Positions 19,901 through 29,671 of a DNA stretch of 64,000 nt are shown one piece after another. The notes under the pieces are model-generated. The model worked only from the letters and a program-made list of their open reading frames with translations, had not been told where the DNA came from and ran no database searches. Location: positions 6,293-70,292 of the forward strand of contig JABICX010000017.1 in NCBI GenBank assembly GCA_018652045.1, read 5' to 3'. How positions within the stretch are numbered: the first letter of the stretch is position 1; each line of letters begins with the position of its first letter. The position numbers and the translations under genes are program-made. This DNA comes from Candidatus Woesearchaeota archaeon. GTDB taxonomy: Archaea > Nanobdellota > Nanobdellia > UBA10117 > JABICX01.

Positions 19901-20912
19901 CTTTCTCCTCTTTCCGTCTATGAAGAAGTGAAATATCTGGAAGAAGTTTCCAGCTACCTTTAGCAAACTGCGCAAACTGCGCAATCATAGCTTCTAGTTG
20001 AATAAACTCGTTAGAACCTTCAACTAACCTAAACTCATAATCTCCACAAATCTTGATAAGTTCTAATCGGATCTTCTCATCAAGTGAGTCGATATTCCAT
20101 ATCTGCTTTTGAATCTGAGCAATAACATCCATACCACTCAGACCGTGTTTAATCATAACATCGAAGAGTCGTTCCTTTGCATCTAGGAATTTTCCTGCCA
20201 AAGCTTTCTCGATAACACTTGCGACCTCCTTTGGTTCTGCAAACGAAACTACTTGCTCAACAATCTTAGTATCAATCTCCTGCGCAATTGCGGAACAAGC
20301 TTGCAATAGATTCTCTGCCTTTCTACAATCTCCCTCGCTAGCTTCATACAAGAAGCTAAGTGCTCCTGCAGTCATCATCAACCCTTCTCGTTCTGAAACT
20401 TCGGTTAGGATTTTAATCATAATATCTTTTGGGAGTGGCTTGAATCTAAAGATCGCACATCGACTTTGAATCGGAGGGATAATCTTTGAAGAATAGTTAC
20501 AACTCAATATGAAACGCGTGCTTTGTGCATAGTCTTCCATAGTTCTACGCAATGCGTGTTGAGCATCTTTTGTCAGAGAATCTGCCTCGTCTAAATAAAT
20601 AATCTTAAATGGAACATCTTGGATCGCCCTTGAACGAGCAAAGTCTTTTATCTTGTTTCTTACAACATCAATTCCACGCTCATCACTCGCATTCAACTCT
20701 AAAACCGCAGTACTCCAATTATCTCCAAACAAATCTTTAGCTAACGCAACTGCTGCTGAAGTCTTACCAACACCTGCCGGTCCTGCAAACAATAGATGCG
20801 GCATATTTTTAGATTTAACAAAAGCCTTAAGTCTAGATGATACTGCATCCTGACCTCTAACCTGATCAAGAGTCTTAGGCCGATACTTCTCAGTCCATAT
20901 CTCTAGTGCCAT
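19881..20912 (-). CDS. rfcS: Replication factor C small subunit
   Basis: EKYRPKTLDQVRGQ, FAGPAGVGKTS, DEADSLT and the SRC motif (QSRCAIFRF). Confidence 0.9.
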   Translation of the reverse strand: MALEIWTEKYRPKTLDQVRGQDAVSSRLKAFVKSKNMPHLLFAGPAGVGKTSAAVALAKDLFGDNWSTAVLELNASDERGIDVVRNKIKDFARSRAIQDVPFKIIYLDEADSLTKDAQHALRRTMEDYAQSTRFILSCNYSSKIIPPIQSRCAIFRFKPLPKDIMIKILTEVSEREGLMMTAGALSFLYEASEGDCRKAENLLQACSAIAQEIDTKIVEQVVSFAEPKEVASVIEKALAGKFLDAKERLFDVMIKHGLSGMDVIAQIQKQIWNIDSLDEKIRLELIKICGDYEFRLVEGSNEFIQLEAMIAQFAQFAKGSWKLLPDISLLHRRKEEKDDDRSD

Positions 20913-21051
20913 GCAGTCTACGCTAGACCAGAAACTTTAAAAGCATTTATTCATTCAATAGATCATGGTAAAAGGTGATTACCCCATCATATTGTAAGAA
21001 TAATACATCTAGTCACCAAACCGTTTTAAATTCTACAGGAGTTGTTTTGTA

Positions 21052-24000
21052 ATGGCACTATATAGTCCGCAAGACTTTGAACGAGACATACTCGCATTCT
21101 GGGAAAAGAACAAAACATTTGACAAACTACAAAAAAAGAATGCAAAAGGTCCGCGCTTTTCTTTTACAGACGGTCCTATAACTGCCAATAATTCTATGGG
21201 AGTACATCATGCTTCAGCTAGAACTATAAAAGATCTATATCAACGATATAAAGCAATGCAGGGATTTCATCAGCGATACCAGAATGGATTTGATTGTCAG
21301 GGCCTATGGGTTGAAAGGGAAGTTGAAAAACAATTAGGTTTCAGCGGTAAACACGACATTGAAAAATATGGCATTCTAAAATTTGTTACAGCGTGTAGAG
21401 CAAGAGTTGAAAAGTATTCTAAATTAATGACGGAGCAATCTATTCGATTAGGACAATGGATGGATTGGGATAATTCTTACTATACAATGTCTGACAAATC
21501 TAATGAGTACAAATGGATGTTCCTGAAAGAGTGTTACAAACGAGGATGGCTCTACAAAGGAATTGATTCAGTTCCATGGTGTCCACGATGTGCAAGCATT
21601 GAATCAAAACATGCTATAGCGACTGAAGGTTATGAAGATGTAGAAGACACTGCAATCTATATGCAGTTCCCAGTTAGCGGTAAAAAGAAGGAATACTTCT
21701 TAGTCTGGACAACAACTCCATGGACAGTTCCTGCAGATGTTGCATTAGCAGTTCATCCCGATGTCTATTATGTTCAAGCACAAGTTGGTCAGAAAGTTTA
21801 CATAATTGCAGAGAGTCGCGCAGAAGCAACTCTTGGAAAGAAATACAAAGTTCTAAACAAGTTCTTAGGAACTGATCTTATTGGACAAACTTATGACATG
21901 CCTTACAAAAATCTACCTGCTCAGAAAAGCAGCATCATGAGTGGCGCAAAGTCAGCAGATGATGTTGGTCCTGCACCACACATTGTTGTAGAGTGGAACG
22001 AAGTTAGTGATGAAGATGGAACAGGCATTGTTCACATCGCACCTGGCTGCGGTCCAGAAGATCATGATTTAGGAAAACGTGAAAGACTTCCTGCACCATC
22101 ACCATTAAATGAAGTTGGTAAATATATTGAAGGTTATGGTTGGCTAACTGGTAAAAGTTCTTCTGATATGAATGAAAAAGTTGTTGAAGATTTAGATAAA
22201 CGTGGTTTTCTTTACAAGAAAGAAAAGTATAGTCATAGATATCCACACTGTACACGTTGTAGGACTCCACTTGTTTTCAGAGTCGTTCCTGCATGGTATA
22301 TTTCAATGGATGAAATCAGACCAAAGTTAATTGAAGAAAATCAGAAAATCAAATGGGTTCCCGAACAAGGACAGAAATATGAAGACAACTGGCTTAAAAA
22401 TATGAGTGATTGGTTAATCTCACGTAAGAGATACTGGGGACTACCTCTTCCGATCTGGGAATGTGACTGCGGACATATTGAAGTTATTGGAAGTAAATCA
22501 GAATTAAAAAAGAAATCTGTTTCAGGTTATGATCAACTTAAAGAACTACACAGACCGTGGGTAGATAAAGTTAAGATTAAATGTCCTAGTTGTAAGAAAG
22601 TAGTAAATAGAGTTATTGACACTGGAGATGTTTGGTTAGATGCTGGTATGATTCCGTTCTTTACATTGGATTGGGAAAAGAACAAGAAATACTTTAATGA
22701 ATGGTATCCTGCTGACTTAATTGTTGAATGCGGACCGGGACAATATCGTTGTTGGTTTTACGCTATGATATTACATGGTGTTGCACTCACGGGAAAGTAT
22801 CCCTTCAAAAATGTAGCAACAATCGAATTAGTAAAAGATAAAGATGGCCGTGAGATGCACAAGAGTTGGGGAAATGCGATATGGTTTGATGAAGCTGCAG
22901 ATAAAGTCGGAGCCGATGTTGTACGATGGTTATACACAATAAAAGATCCAACAAAAGAAATTCTATTTGGATGGGATATTGCAAAAGAAAAACAAAGATC
23001 ATTAAATGTACTCTGGAATTTTACAAACTATCTAGATTTGAATCTTACTAAAAAACCAACTAAACCTACAAAACTCAGTGCTAAAAGTAAATGGTTACTC
23101 TCTCGAATGGAGTCTCTAAAGTTAAGTGTAACTAAAAACTTAGATGCATTATTACAATCTATAGCAGCTAATTCAATAGAAGATTTCTTCCTTAATGATC
23201 TATCTAGAACCTATGGTCAGATGATCCGAGACGAGATCGATAGCAAAGAAGTGCAATATGTCATCTACAATGTAACTCTTGACTTGCTAAAACTTATGGC
23301 GCCATTTGTTCCGTTCACAACAGAGAAGCTTTACCAAGATGTTTTCAATAAGTACGAAACTAAACAATCAATTCATCTATTTGATTGGCCAAAAGCTAAC
23401 CAAAAACTTATTGACAAGAAACTTGAACAAGAGTTTGAATCTGTAGGTAGAACAATCTCGTTGATACTTGCTGCTCGAGAGAAAACAAATCGTGGAGTAA
23501 GATGGCCAGTTAAAGAAGCCACAATTGTAACAAGAACTAAAGCAGTTAAAGACGCGATAAAGAGACATGAAACTTTGATTAAACAACTTACAAATGTTTT
23601 AGCAATTAAAACGTCTCGTGAGATGAAAGGTGTCTCTTACAATATCAAACTAAACTTTGCAAACGCAGGGCCAAAATTTGGTAATAATGTAGTTAAGTTA
23701 GTCAGTTACATTACTCGTGAAAGTCCTGAAAGCATAATAGAACATCTTGATAAGGAAGGCAAAGTTACTGCGAAGATCAAATCTGATTATCATGAACTTG
23801 TAAGAGAAGATCTAATCATCGAAGAAAAACTACCTGATGAGACAAGTAGTGCAAAAGAAAAGAACATTGCAGTTTACTTAGATACACATGAAACTACTGA
23901 CATGATCAACTCAGGATTTATGCGAGAGGTTGTAAGAAAAACTCAGACATTAAGAAAAACTTCGGGATTGACAAAAGCAGATAAGATCAGTCTGCAAGTT

Positions 24001-24165
24001 GCTGCGCCAGTTAGTCTTACAGTCAGTCTCAGAAAACTTGCAAAAGAGATTAAGAAACGAGTTGGTGCTTCTGAGCTAGAATTTGTTGCGCAAGTCACAA
24101 TGAAACACACTGATAGTTTTACTGTCCGCTCAAAGAAGATCGAGATTGGCTTAAAACGCATCTAG
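21052..24165 (+). CDS. ileS: Isoleucyl-tRNA synthetase
   Basis: 1037 aa. Class I HIGH-like motif (GVHHA), KMSKS-like motif (MHKSWGN), zinc-binding WCPRCAS, and a CP1 editing insertion. Confidence 0.9.
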   Translation: MALYSPQDFERDILAFWEKNKTFDKLQKKNAKGPRFSFTDGPITANNSMGVHHASARTIKDLYQRYKAMQGFHQRYQNGFDCQGLWVEREVEKQLGFSGKHDIEKYGILKFVTACRARVEKYSKLMTEQSIRLGQWMDWDNSYYTMSDKSNEYKWMFLKECYKRGWLYKGIDSVPWCPRCASIESKHAIATEGYEDVEDTAIYMQFPVSGKKKEYFLVWTTTPWTVPADVALAVHPDVYYVQAQVGQKVYIIAESRAEATLGKKYKVLNKFLGTDLIGQTYDMPYKNLPAQKSSIMSGAKSADDVGPAPHIVVEWNEVSDEDGTGIVHIAPGCGPEDHDLGKRERLPAPSPLNEVGKYIEGYGWLTGKSSSDMNEKVVEDLDKRGFLYKKEKYSHRYPHCTRCRTPLVFRVVPAWYISMDEIRPKLIEENQKIKWVPEQGQKYEDNWLKNMSDWLISRKRYWGLPLPIWECDCGHIEVIGSKSELKKKSVSGYDQLKELHRPWVDKVKIKCPSCKKVVNRVIDTGDVWLDAGMIPFFTLDWEKNKKYFNEWYPADLIVECGPGQYRCWFYAMILHGVALTGKYPFKNVATIELVKDKDGREMHKSWGNAIWFDEAADKVGADVVRWLYTIKDPTKEILFGWDIAKEKQRSLNVLWNFTNYLDLNLTKKPTKPTKLSAKSKWLLSRMESLKLSVTKNLDALLQSIAANSIEDFFLNDLSRTYGQMIRDEIDSKEVQYVIYNVTLDLLKLMAPFVPFTTEKLYQDVFNKYETKQSIHLFDWPKANQKLIDKKLEQEFESVGRTISLILAAREKTNRGVRWPVKEATIVTRTKAVKDAIKRHETLIKQLTNVLAIKTSREMKGVSYNIKLNFANAGPKFGNNVVKLVSYITRESPESIIEHLDKEGKVTAKIKSDYHELVREDLIIEEKLPDETSSAKEKNIAVYLDTHETTDMINSGFMREVVRKTQTLRKTSGLTKADKISLQVAAPVSLTVSLRKLAKEIKKRVGASELEFVAQVTMKHTDSFTVRSKKIEIGLKRI

Positions 24166-24191
24166 TCGAACATAGAAAATCTAGCAAAAAC

Positions 24192-24881
24192 GTGTTCCTA
24201 CCCCGAAGTGTTCTAAAAGGCTTTATAAAGATGAGTCTTTATAAAAGGACGATATACATGGATGCAGTTAAAAAGAAATCTAAATTTAAAGGTCCTGACG
24301 GTAAGGTCTGGTCAGAGACTCAGAACGTTGTTGTCTCAGCAAGCATTGACACCGATCTACCTTTAGAGAGATTAGCTACTAAACTAGATAGAGCAGAATA
24401 TAATCCAGAACAGTTTCCAGGTCTCATCTTTAAAATTGATGAACCAAAGGCAAGTTCTTTATTATTCAGCTCAGGAAAGATTATCTGTACTGGAACAAAA
24501 TCAATAACTGAAGCTAAGAAAGCTATCAACAAGATCTTAGATGAACTAAGAAAGGTTGGAATCAAAGTTACAAAAGCTCGCGACATAGAAGTCCAGAATA
24601 TGGTTGCTTCAGGTTCAGTCGGTGGAAAACTTAACTTGAATGAGATTGTCTTTAAGTTTGACAATACAGAATACGAACCAGAACAGTTTCCCGGATTAGT
24701 ATACAAACTAGTTGGACAGTCAGTTCTTGCAAACATAACCTTCCTGCTTTTCGGAACAGGTAAGATAGTTATAACTGGTGCAAAAAGCGAACAACAGATC
24801 AAAGACTCCGTTCTATTACTCCGAAAGCAGCTAATTAAAGAAGGCGAACTAGACGCTAAAAGCAGTCCACTAAATAAGTAG
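24192..24881 (+). CDS. tbp: TATA-box-binding protein
   Basis: Two TBP repeats (NVVVSASIDTDL..EQFPGLIFKI and NMVASGSVGG..EQFPGLVYKL). Start may be the internal MDAVKK at 24258. Confidence 0.85.
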   Translation: MFLPRSVLKGFIKMSLYKRTIYMDAVKKKSKFKGPDGKVWSETQNVVVSASIDTDLPLERLATKLDRAEYNPEQFPGLIFKIDEPKASSLLFSSGKIICTGTKSITEAKKAINKILDELRKVGIKVTKARDIEVQNMVASGSVGGKLNLNEIVFKFDNTEYEPEQFPGLVYKLVGQSVLANITFLLFGTGKIVITGAKSEQQIKDSVLLLRKQLIKEGELDAKSSPLNK

Positions 24882-24952
24882 ACTGTTTCTATTTTATTTT
24901 AAATTTGATAGATCATACAAATTCTTTAATTACCTTAGTCTTAGTCTGACCT

Positions 24953-26992
24953 ATGGTCAAGGATATCGAGAAGAATCTTACAGATCGCTTACGGGTTTTC
25001 ATAGAGCAATACTATTACAAAGACCTCATGAAGATTGTCAAGCGAGGTAAAGAAAGCTTGGAGATCGACTTCGGAGACATTGCTAAGTTTGACATTGACA
25101 TAGCAGATGCACTTCTTCTGGATCCTCAGAAAATTATAGAATACTTCGAAGCAGCTATCAAAGAATTTGATCTACCTAAAGAGTATGATAGCCTGAAAAT
25201 TAATGTTCGGATATTCAGTCTTCCAAAGAATCAATATGTAAGGATCAGAGACATCCGAAGTAAACATCTTGGAAAGCTAGTTCATATCGATGGTCTAATC
25301 AGACAGGCGTCAACAGTCCGTCCAAAAGTTACTCGCGCCTATTTCCTATGTCCTGCATGTAATCAAACAATAATCAAAGAACAAACTGAAAACAAGTTCC
25401 AAGAACCGGCTAAGTGTCCGAGCTGTGGAAAGAAAGGGAGATTCAACTTACAAGAGAAACGACTTGTAGACATGCAACGTCTTCTAGTCGAAGAGACTCC
25501 CGAATCATTAACTGGTGGAGAACAATCTAGCAGAATTGCAGCATTTCTCTCTGCAGATTTATTAGATCCAAACGATGCTCACAAAAGAGATCCTGGAAAC
25601 AAGGTCATTATAACTGGCATAATTAGAGAGGTACAACTTCCCTTAGCAACTGGCGGAAAATCAACAAAGTACGATTTACTCGTAGATGTAAATCACCTCG
25701 ATACAGTAGAAGAAGAATTCGGAGATATTGAAATATCTCCTGAGGAAGAGACTACTATCAAAGAGCTTGCAAAGCATCCTAAGATATATAGCAAACTTAC
25801 TAAATCTGTTGCGCCATCAATCATGGGTCATGACGAGATTAAACTTGCTCTAGCTATGCAGTTATTTGGTGGAGCTGCAAAAGAGCGAGCTGATGGGACG
25901 CGGATGCGAGGTGACATGCATATATTCTTAGTAGGTGATCCTGGAGCTGGTAAGTCTGAGATGCTGAAGTACATATCAAATCTAGCTCCAAAAGCAAGAT
26001 ATATTTCTGGAAAAGGTGTTTCTGGAGCAGGTATTACTGCGAGTGTTGTCAAAGATGAATTTATGAAAGGTTGGGCGCTAGAAGCTGGAGCACTTGTACT
26101 CGCAAATAAAGGTATCATCTGTCTTGATGAGATGGACAAGATGGGTGCAGAAGACCGAAGTGCTATGCATGAAGCTATGGAACAGCAAAAGATTACAATA
26201 GCTAAAGCAAACATTCAAGCAACTTTACGTGCAGAGACGTCAGTACTTGCTGCAGCAAATCCAAAGTTCGGGCGATTCGATCCATACTCTCCAATCGGAC
26301 AACAGATTGATCTACCTGCTACGTTGATCAACAGATTTGATTTAATCTTTCCGATCCGTGATATACCTAATGTTGAACAAGATACAAAGATAGCTAAACA
26401 TGTATTAGAACTTCAACGAGATATTGAGTCTGCGAAGCCGGATATTGAAAGAGATTTATTTAGAAAGTACATTGCATATGCAAAACAACACTGCTTCCCA
26501 AAGCTATCTGATGCGGCACAGGAAGCTATCCTCAAGTTTTACATTGACTTACGCGGTGCTGCTGCTCGAGAAGAATCTGAAGTTAAACCAATCCCAATCT
26601 CAGCTCGTCAGTTACAAGCACTTGTAAGATTAGCAGAATCATCTGCACGAATCAGATTAAGCAGCACAGTTACAAAGAAAGATGCTCAACGAGCGATAGA
26701 CTTATTGCAGTCATGTATGAAAGCGGTTGGAACCGATCCAGAGACAGGTAAGTTTGATATTGACAGAATCAGTACAGGAATCACAGCAACTCAACGGTCG
26801 AGAATACATATTGTTAAAAGTATAATTGACAAACTAGAAACGAAGCTTGGAAAAGTTGTTCCAATCACTGACATAACAAAAGATGCGATCAGTGAAGGAA
26901 TACCTGAAGCTAAAGCAGAGGAGATCATACAAAATCTTATTAAGACCGGTGATCTTTTCTCACCAAAGTACGGTTTAGTACAAAAGATATAA
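24953..26992 (+). CDS. mcm: MCM replicative helicase
   Basis: Zn finger CPACN..CPSCG, Walker A GDPGAGKS, Walker B CLDEMDKM, arginine finger SRFDLIF; 679 aa. Confidence 0.9.
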   Translation: MVKDIEKNLTDRLRVFIEQYYYKDLMKIVKRGKESLEIDFGDIAKFDIDIADALLLDPQKIIEYFEAAIKEFDLPKEYDSLKINVRIFSLPKNQYVRIRDIRSKHLGKLVHIDGLIRQASTVRPKVTRAYFLCPACNQTIIKEQTENKFQEPAKCPSCGKKGRFNLQEKRLVDMQRLLVEETPESLTGGEQSSRIAAFLSADLLDPNDAHKRDPGNKVIITGIIREVQLPLATGGKSTKYDLLVDVNHLDTVEEEFGDIEISPEEETTIKELAKHPKIYSKLTKSVAPSIMGHDEIKLALAMQLFGGAAKERADGTRMRGDMHIFLVGDPGAGKSEMLKYISNLAPKARYISGKGVSGAGITASVVKDEFMKGWALEAGALVLANKGIICLDEMDKMGAEDRSAMHEAMEQQKITIAKANIQATLRAETSVLAAANPKFGRFDPYSPIGQQIDLPATLINRFDLIFPIRDIPNVEQDTKIAKHVLELQRDIESAKPDIERDLFRKYIAYAKQHCFPKLSDAAQEAILKFYIDLRGAAAREESEVKPIPISARQLQALVRLAESSARIRLSSTVTKKDAQRAIDLLQSCMKAVGTDPETGKFDIDRISTGITATQRSRIHIVKSIIDKLETKLGKVVPITDITKDAISEGIPEAKAEEIIQNLIKTGDLFSPKYGLVQKI

Positions 26993-26997
26993 TCAAA

Positions 26998-27711
26998 ATG
27001 GTAATGAATAGATCAATCGCATACAGAGTTTGGATATCTGATGTAGTTAGTGGTAACTACATAAAACAAGAAGGTTTTAACCCAAACTATATTGTATTAG
27101 ACGATAAGCAAGTCTCTAGAGTAAATGTTATGGCTACAGTTGTTGGAAAGTTCCTATCTGAAGATGGCAACTATGGCGCAATAACTATTGATGATGGAAC
27201 TGAAACCATACGCGCAAAAGCATTTGGACCTGATGTCAAAAAAATAGATGCTGCAGAGATTGGCAAACTGATCAAGTTCATTGGTAAGATCAAAGAGTAT
27301 AATGATGAACGATATCTTGCGCCTGATTTCGTAAGAGAGATCAAAGATCCTAACTGGCTAACTGTCTGGCATCTAGAACGTGGTGAACCAAAAGTTAGGG
27401 AGGCACCTACACCGTCAGAGCCTGTCTCAGAAATTCCAACGTCAGCTCCAACAGAAAATGTAGGCGCAACCGAATCTAACGAAACTCCACCTACTGAACC
27501 AACAAAGACAGAAGAGCCTGCAGCTAACACTGCAGAACATCCTAACTTCCTAGAACTTATAGCAAAACTAGATACAGGTGATGGTGCAGAAATGCAAGCA
27601 GTAATCGCTGACTGCAAGCTTTCTGAACAAGAGGCTCGCATAATCATAATCGACTTACTTAAGCAAGGCGAAGTCTATGAACCTCGCAAAGGCAAACTGA
27701 AAGTCTTATAA
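26998..27711 (+). CDS. RPA-like OB-fold nucleic-acid-binding protein with C-terminal winged-helix-like domain
   Basis: OB-fold-like core (RVNVMATVVGKF...DGTETIRAKAF), an acidic/Pro-Thr linker, and a C-terminal helical domain. Immediately downstream of mcm. Confidence 0.5.
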   Translation: MVMNRSIAYRVWISDVVSGNYIKQEGFNPNYIVLDDKQVSRVNVMATVVGKFLSEDGNYGAITIDDGTETIRAKAFGPDVKKIDAAEIGKLIKFIGKIKEYNDERYLAPDFVREIKDPNWLTVWHLERGEPKVREAPTPSEPVSEIPTSAPTENVGATESNETPPTEPTKTEEPAANTAEHPNFLELIAKLDTGDGAEMQAVIADCKLSEQEARIIIIDLLKQGEVYEPRKGKLKVL

Positions 27712-27733
27712 AGCCCTTTTCTCAATTCTACGT

Positions 27734-28153
27734 ATGGCTTGGAAACATACATACGAAGATATGCTTAAAAAGGCTTACAAGTTGCTGCCAAAAGTAACTG
27801 CTAAAGACAGTCGTTTTGAAATACCTAAAGTTCACGGTAGGTTACAAGGTAACAAGACAATTATAACTAACTTTAATCAGATATCAAACCACCTACGACG
27901 TGAAGAAAGCCATTTCTTAAAGTTCATGCTTAGAGAGTTAGCAACAACGGGTGAAGTCGGTAGTGGAACTGCCACCTTCATGGGTAAGCACTCTCCAGCA
28001 AGTCTTAACCTCAAAGTCGAAAAGTATGTTAAAGAGTTCGTACTATGTAAACAATGTGGAAAGCCAGACACTGAATTGATCGTTGAAAAAGGAACTACTT
28101 TCAAACGCTGCGAGGCTTGTGGATCACGAACTTCTGTCCGTTCTATAAAGTAA
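27734..28153 (+). CDS. eif2b: Translation initiation factor 2 beta subunit (aIF2-beta)
   Basis: N-terminus opens MLKKAYKLLP and includes KTIITNFNQI. C-terminal zinc ribbon CKQCGKPDT...CEACG. Confidence 0.85.
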   Translation: MAWKHTYEDMLKKAYKLLPKVTAKDSRFEIPKVHGRLQGNKTIITNFNQISNHLRREESHFLKFMLRELATTGEVGSGTATFMGKHSPASLNLKVEKYVKEFVLCKQCGKPDTELIVEKGTTFKRCEACGSRTSVRSIK

Positions 28154-28161
28154 AGACTTTT

Positions 28162-28536
28162 ATGTATAGAAGTAATTCTATGAATATGAGAAATTTAATC
28201 ATTGTACTTGCAATTATAAGTGTGATTCTAGTTAGTGGTTGTACACAACCCAATGTCCCTGAAGATCCAACTCCCGTATCAACTGATTCTCAAGAAAGAT
28301 GTATTGAACTTTGTAGAGAACAGATAGCAAATGGTATTGATTTAAGTAACGGTCCATGTCTATCTGAAACAGATGGTCTTGACTGGGATATTGATGATTG
28401 GGTCTGTGATGTAGCACATGAACCACGAAAACTTATTGACGACAATGCACTCCACCAGTGTCAAGAATACCGAAAAGAACGAGCAGCGCACTTTGTTGAA
28501 GTTACACCTAACTGTGAGTTCATCCGGAAAGCATAA
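28162..28536 (+). CDS. Small secreted Cys-rich lipoprotein
   Basis: Signal peptide with lipobox (LVSGC) and 8 Cys in the mature part. First ATG after the eif2b stop. Confidence 0.5.
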   Translation: MYRSNSMNMRNLIIVLAIISVILVSGCTQPNVPEDPTPVSTDSQERCIELCREQIANGIDLSNGPCLSETDGLDWDIDDWVCDVAHEPRKLIDDNALHQCQEYRKERAAHFVEVTPNCEFIRKA

Positions 28537-28835
28537 TGTTTTACTATAAAATTCACGAAAGCCATGCTGGGTATCTAATCGCAGCTTGCGATAAGTCTAT
28601 TTGTGGCAAAACCTTGAAAAGCAAAGGTCTAGAGTTTCATGTCAATCCTCGATTCTACAAAGACAAGACTGCTTCGCCAACACAGATGAAAAAACTCCTC
28701 CAGATTGCATCCTCTGCAAACTTAATTGGCAAAGACGTTGTTCAGCTAGCTGTCGATCTTGGATTAATCGACAAAGAGAACGTGATCAAGATCCAAGGAA
28801 TCCCGCATGCTCAAGTGGTAGTTGTACAACTATGA
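28536..28835 (+). CDS. DUF424-like small archaeal protein
   Basis: 99-aa ORF whose stop overlaps the next start (ATGA). Confidence 0.45.
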   Translation: MFYYKIHESHAGYLIAACDKSICGKTLKSKGLEFHVNPRFYKDKTASPTQMKKLLQIASSANLIGKDVVQLAVDLGLIDKENVIKIQGIPHAQVVVVQL

Positions 28836-29368
28836 AAGTTAAAAGATTCGAAGGAATGAGTAGTTGCTATCTAATTCAAGGTAAGCAGAATGTTCTAATC
28901 GATGCAGGAGCTGATGTTCATGATAGAGTTGACATAGTCATTCTAACTCACAGCCACTTTGATCACATAGCATATCTACACCACATTGTCAAACGGAACA
29001 AATGCAAGGTATATGTTAGCGAGAAAGAGAAGCAGGACATTGAGACTATTTCTGAAAAAACTATGTATCGTTGGTCTCCAATCCAGCTAGAACCTGTCAA
29101 AGTACATAAAACGCTCAAGGAAGGTGATCTATTGAAGTTCGATGGATTCTCTCTCCGAGTTATTGAAAGCCCAGGCCATACTGATGGGTCGATCAGTCTC
29201 TACAACGAAGATACATGTGAACTATTCTCTGGCGATACCGTGTTTAATTTCAACGGCGTCTTTGGAAGAACCGACTGTCCTTCGGGATCACATAAGGACC
29301 TATTTTGCTCTATTGACAAGCTCAAGTCATTAAAGATCAAAAAACTCTATCCCGGACATGATTACTAA
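28832..29368 (+). CDS. Metallo-beta-lactamase-fold hydrolase
   Basis: HSHFDH motif (THSHFDHIAY) and a downstream GHTDGS. Start at MKVKRF, inside the longer ORF 28601..29368 whose 5' part overlaps the previous gene. Confidence 0.7.
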   Translation: MKVKRFEGMSSCYLIQGKQNVLIDAGADVHDRVDIVILTHSHFDHIAYLHHIVKRNKCKVYVSEKEKQDIETISEKTMYRWSPIQLEPVKVHKTLKEGDLLKFDGFSLRVIESPGHTDGSISLYNEDTCELFSGDTVFNFNGVFGRTDCPSGSHKDLFCSIDKLKSLKIKKLYPGHDY

Positions 29369-29403
29369 CGCAATTAGTTCCTTAAGGCGACTTAAAATAT
29401 TAA

Positions 29404-29476
29404 TAGCCCCGCCAGGATTCGAACCTAGGTCCCCCGGCCCAGAACCGGAGATGATTGGCCACTACACTACGGGGCT
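29404..29476 (-). tRNA. tRNA-Gln (anticodon CTG)
   Basis: Reverse complement gives AGCCCCG-TA-...TCCGG-TTCTGGG-CCGGG...CTAGG-TTCGAAT-CCTGG-CGGGGCT-A, a standard cloverleaf. Confidence 0.8.
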
Positions 29477-29524
29477 ATATTAGTAAGTGTTATAAATTCA
29501 TTTTAAAGTCTTTTGTTATTGAAA

Positions 29525-29596
29525 GGGCCTGTAGTATAGTGGATAGAACGGTCGGTTGCGGACCGACAGACGGGAGTTCAATTCTTCCCAGGCCCG
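29525..29596 (+). tRNA. tRNA-Arg (anticodon GCG)
   Basis: Acceptor GGGCCTG/CAGGCCC. The anticodon stem (GTCGG/CCGAC) encloses the loop TTGCGGA. T-arm GGGAG-TTCAATT-CTTCC. D-stem weaker. Confidence 0.7.
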
Positions 29597-29671
29597 GTTC
29601 AGAACATACATGCAACTAGTTAAAATTTCTCAAAGAGGAAATTTATATATTCTATGAAACACATCTAAAGT

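Noticed and set aside
28601-28831. 5' part of ORF 28601..29368 (MWQNLEKQRS...)
   Set aside because: It overlaps the DUF424-like gene in a different frame. The MBL-fold protein sequence starts at the internal MKVKRF (28832), which also gives the common ATGA stop-start overlap.
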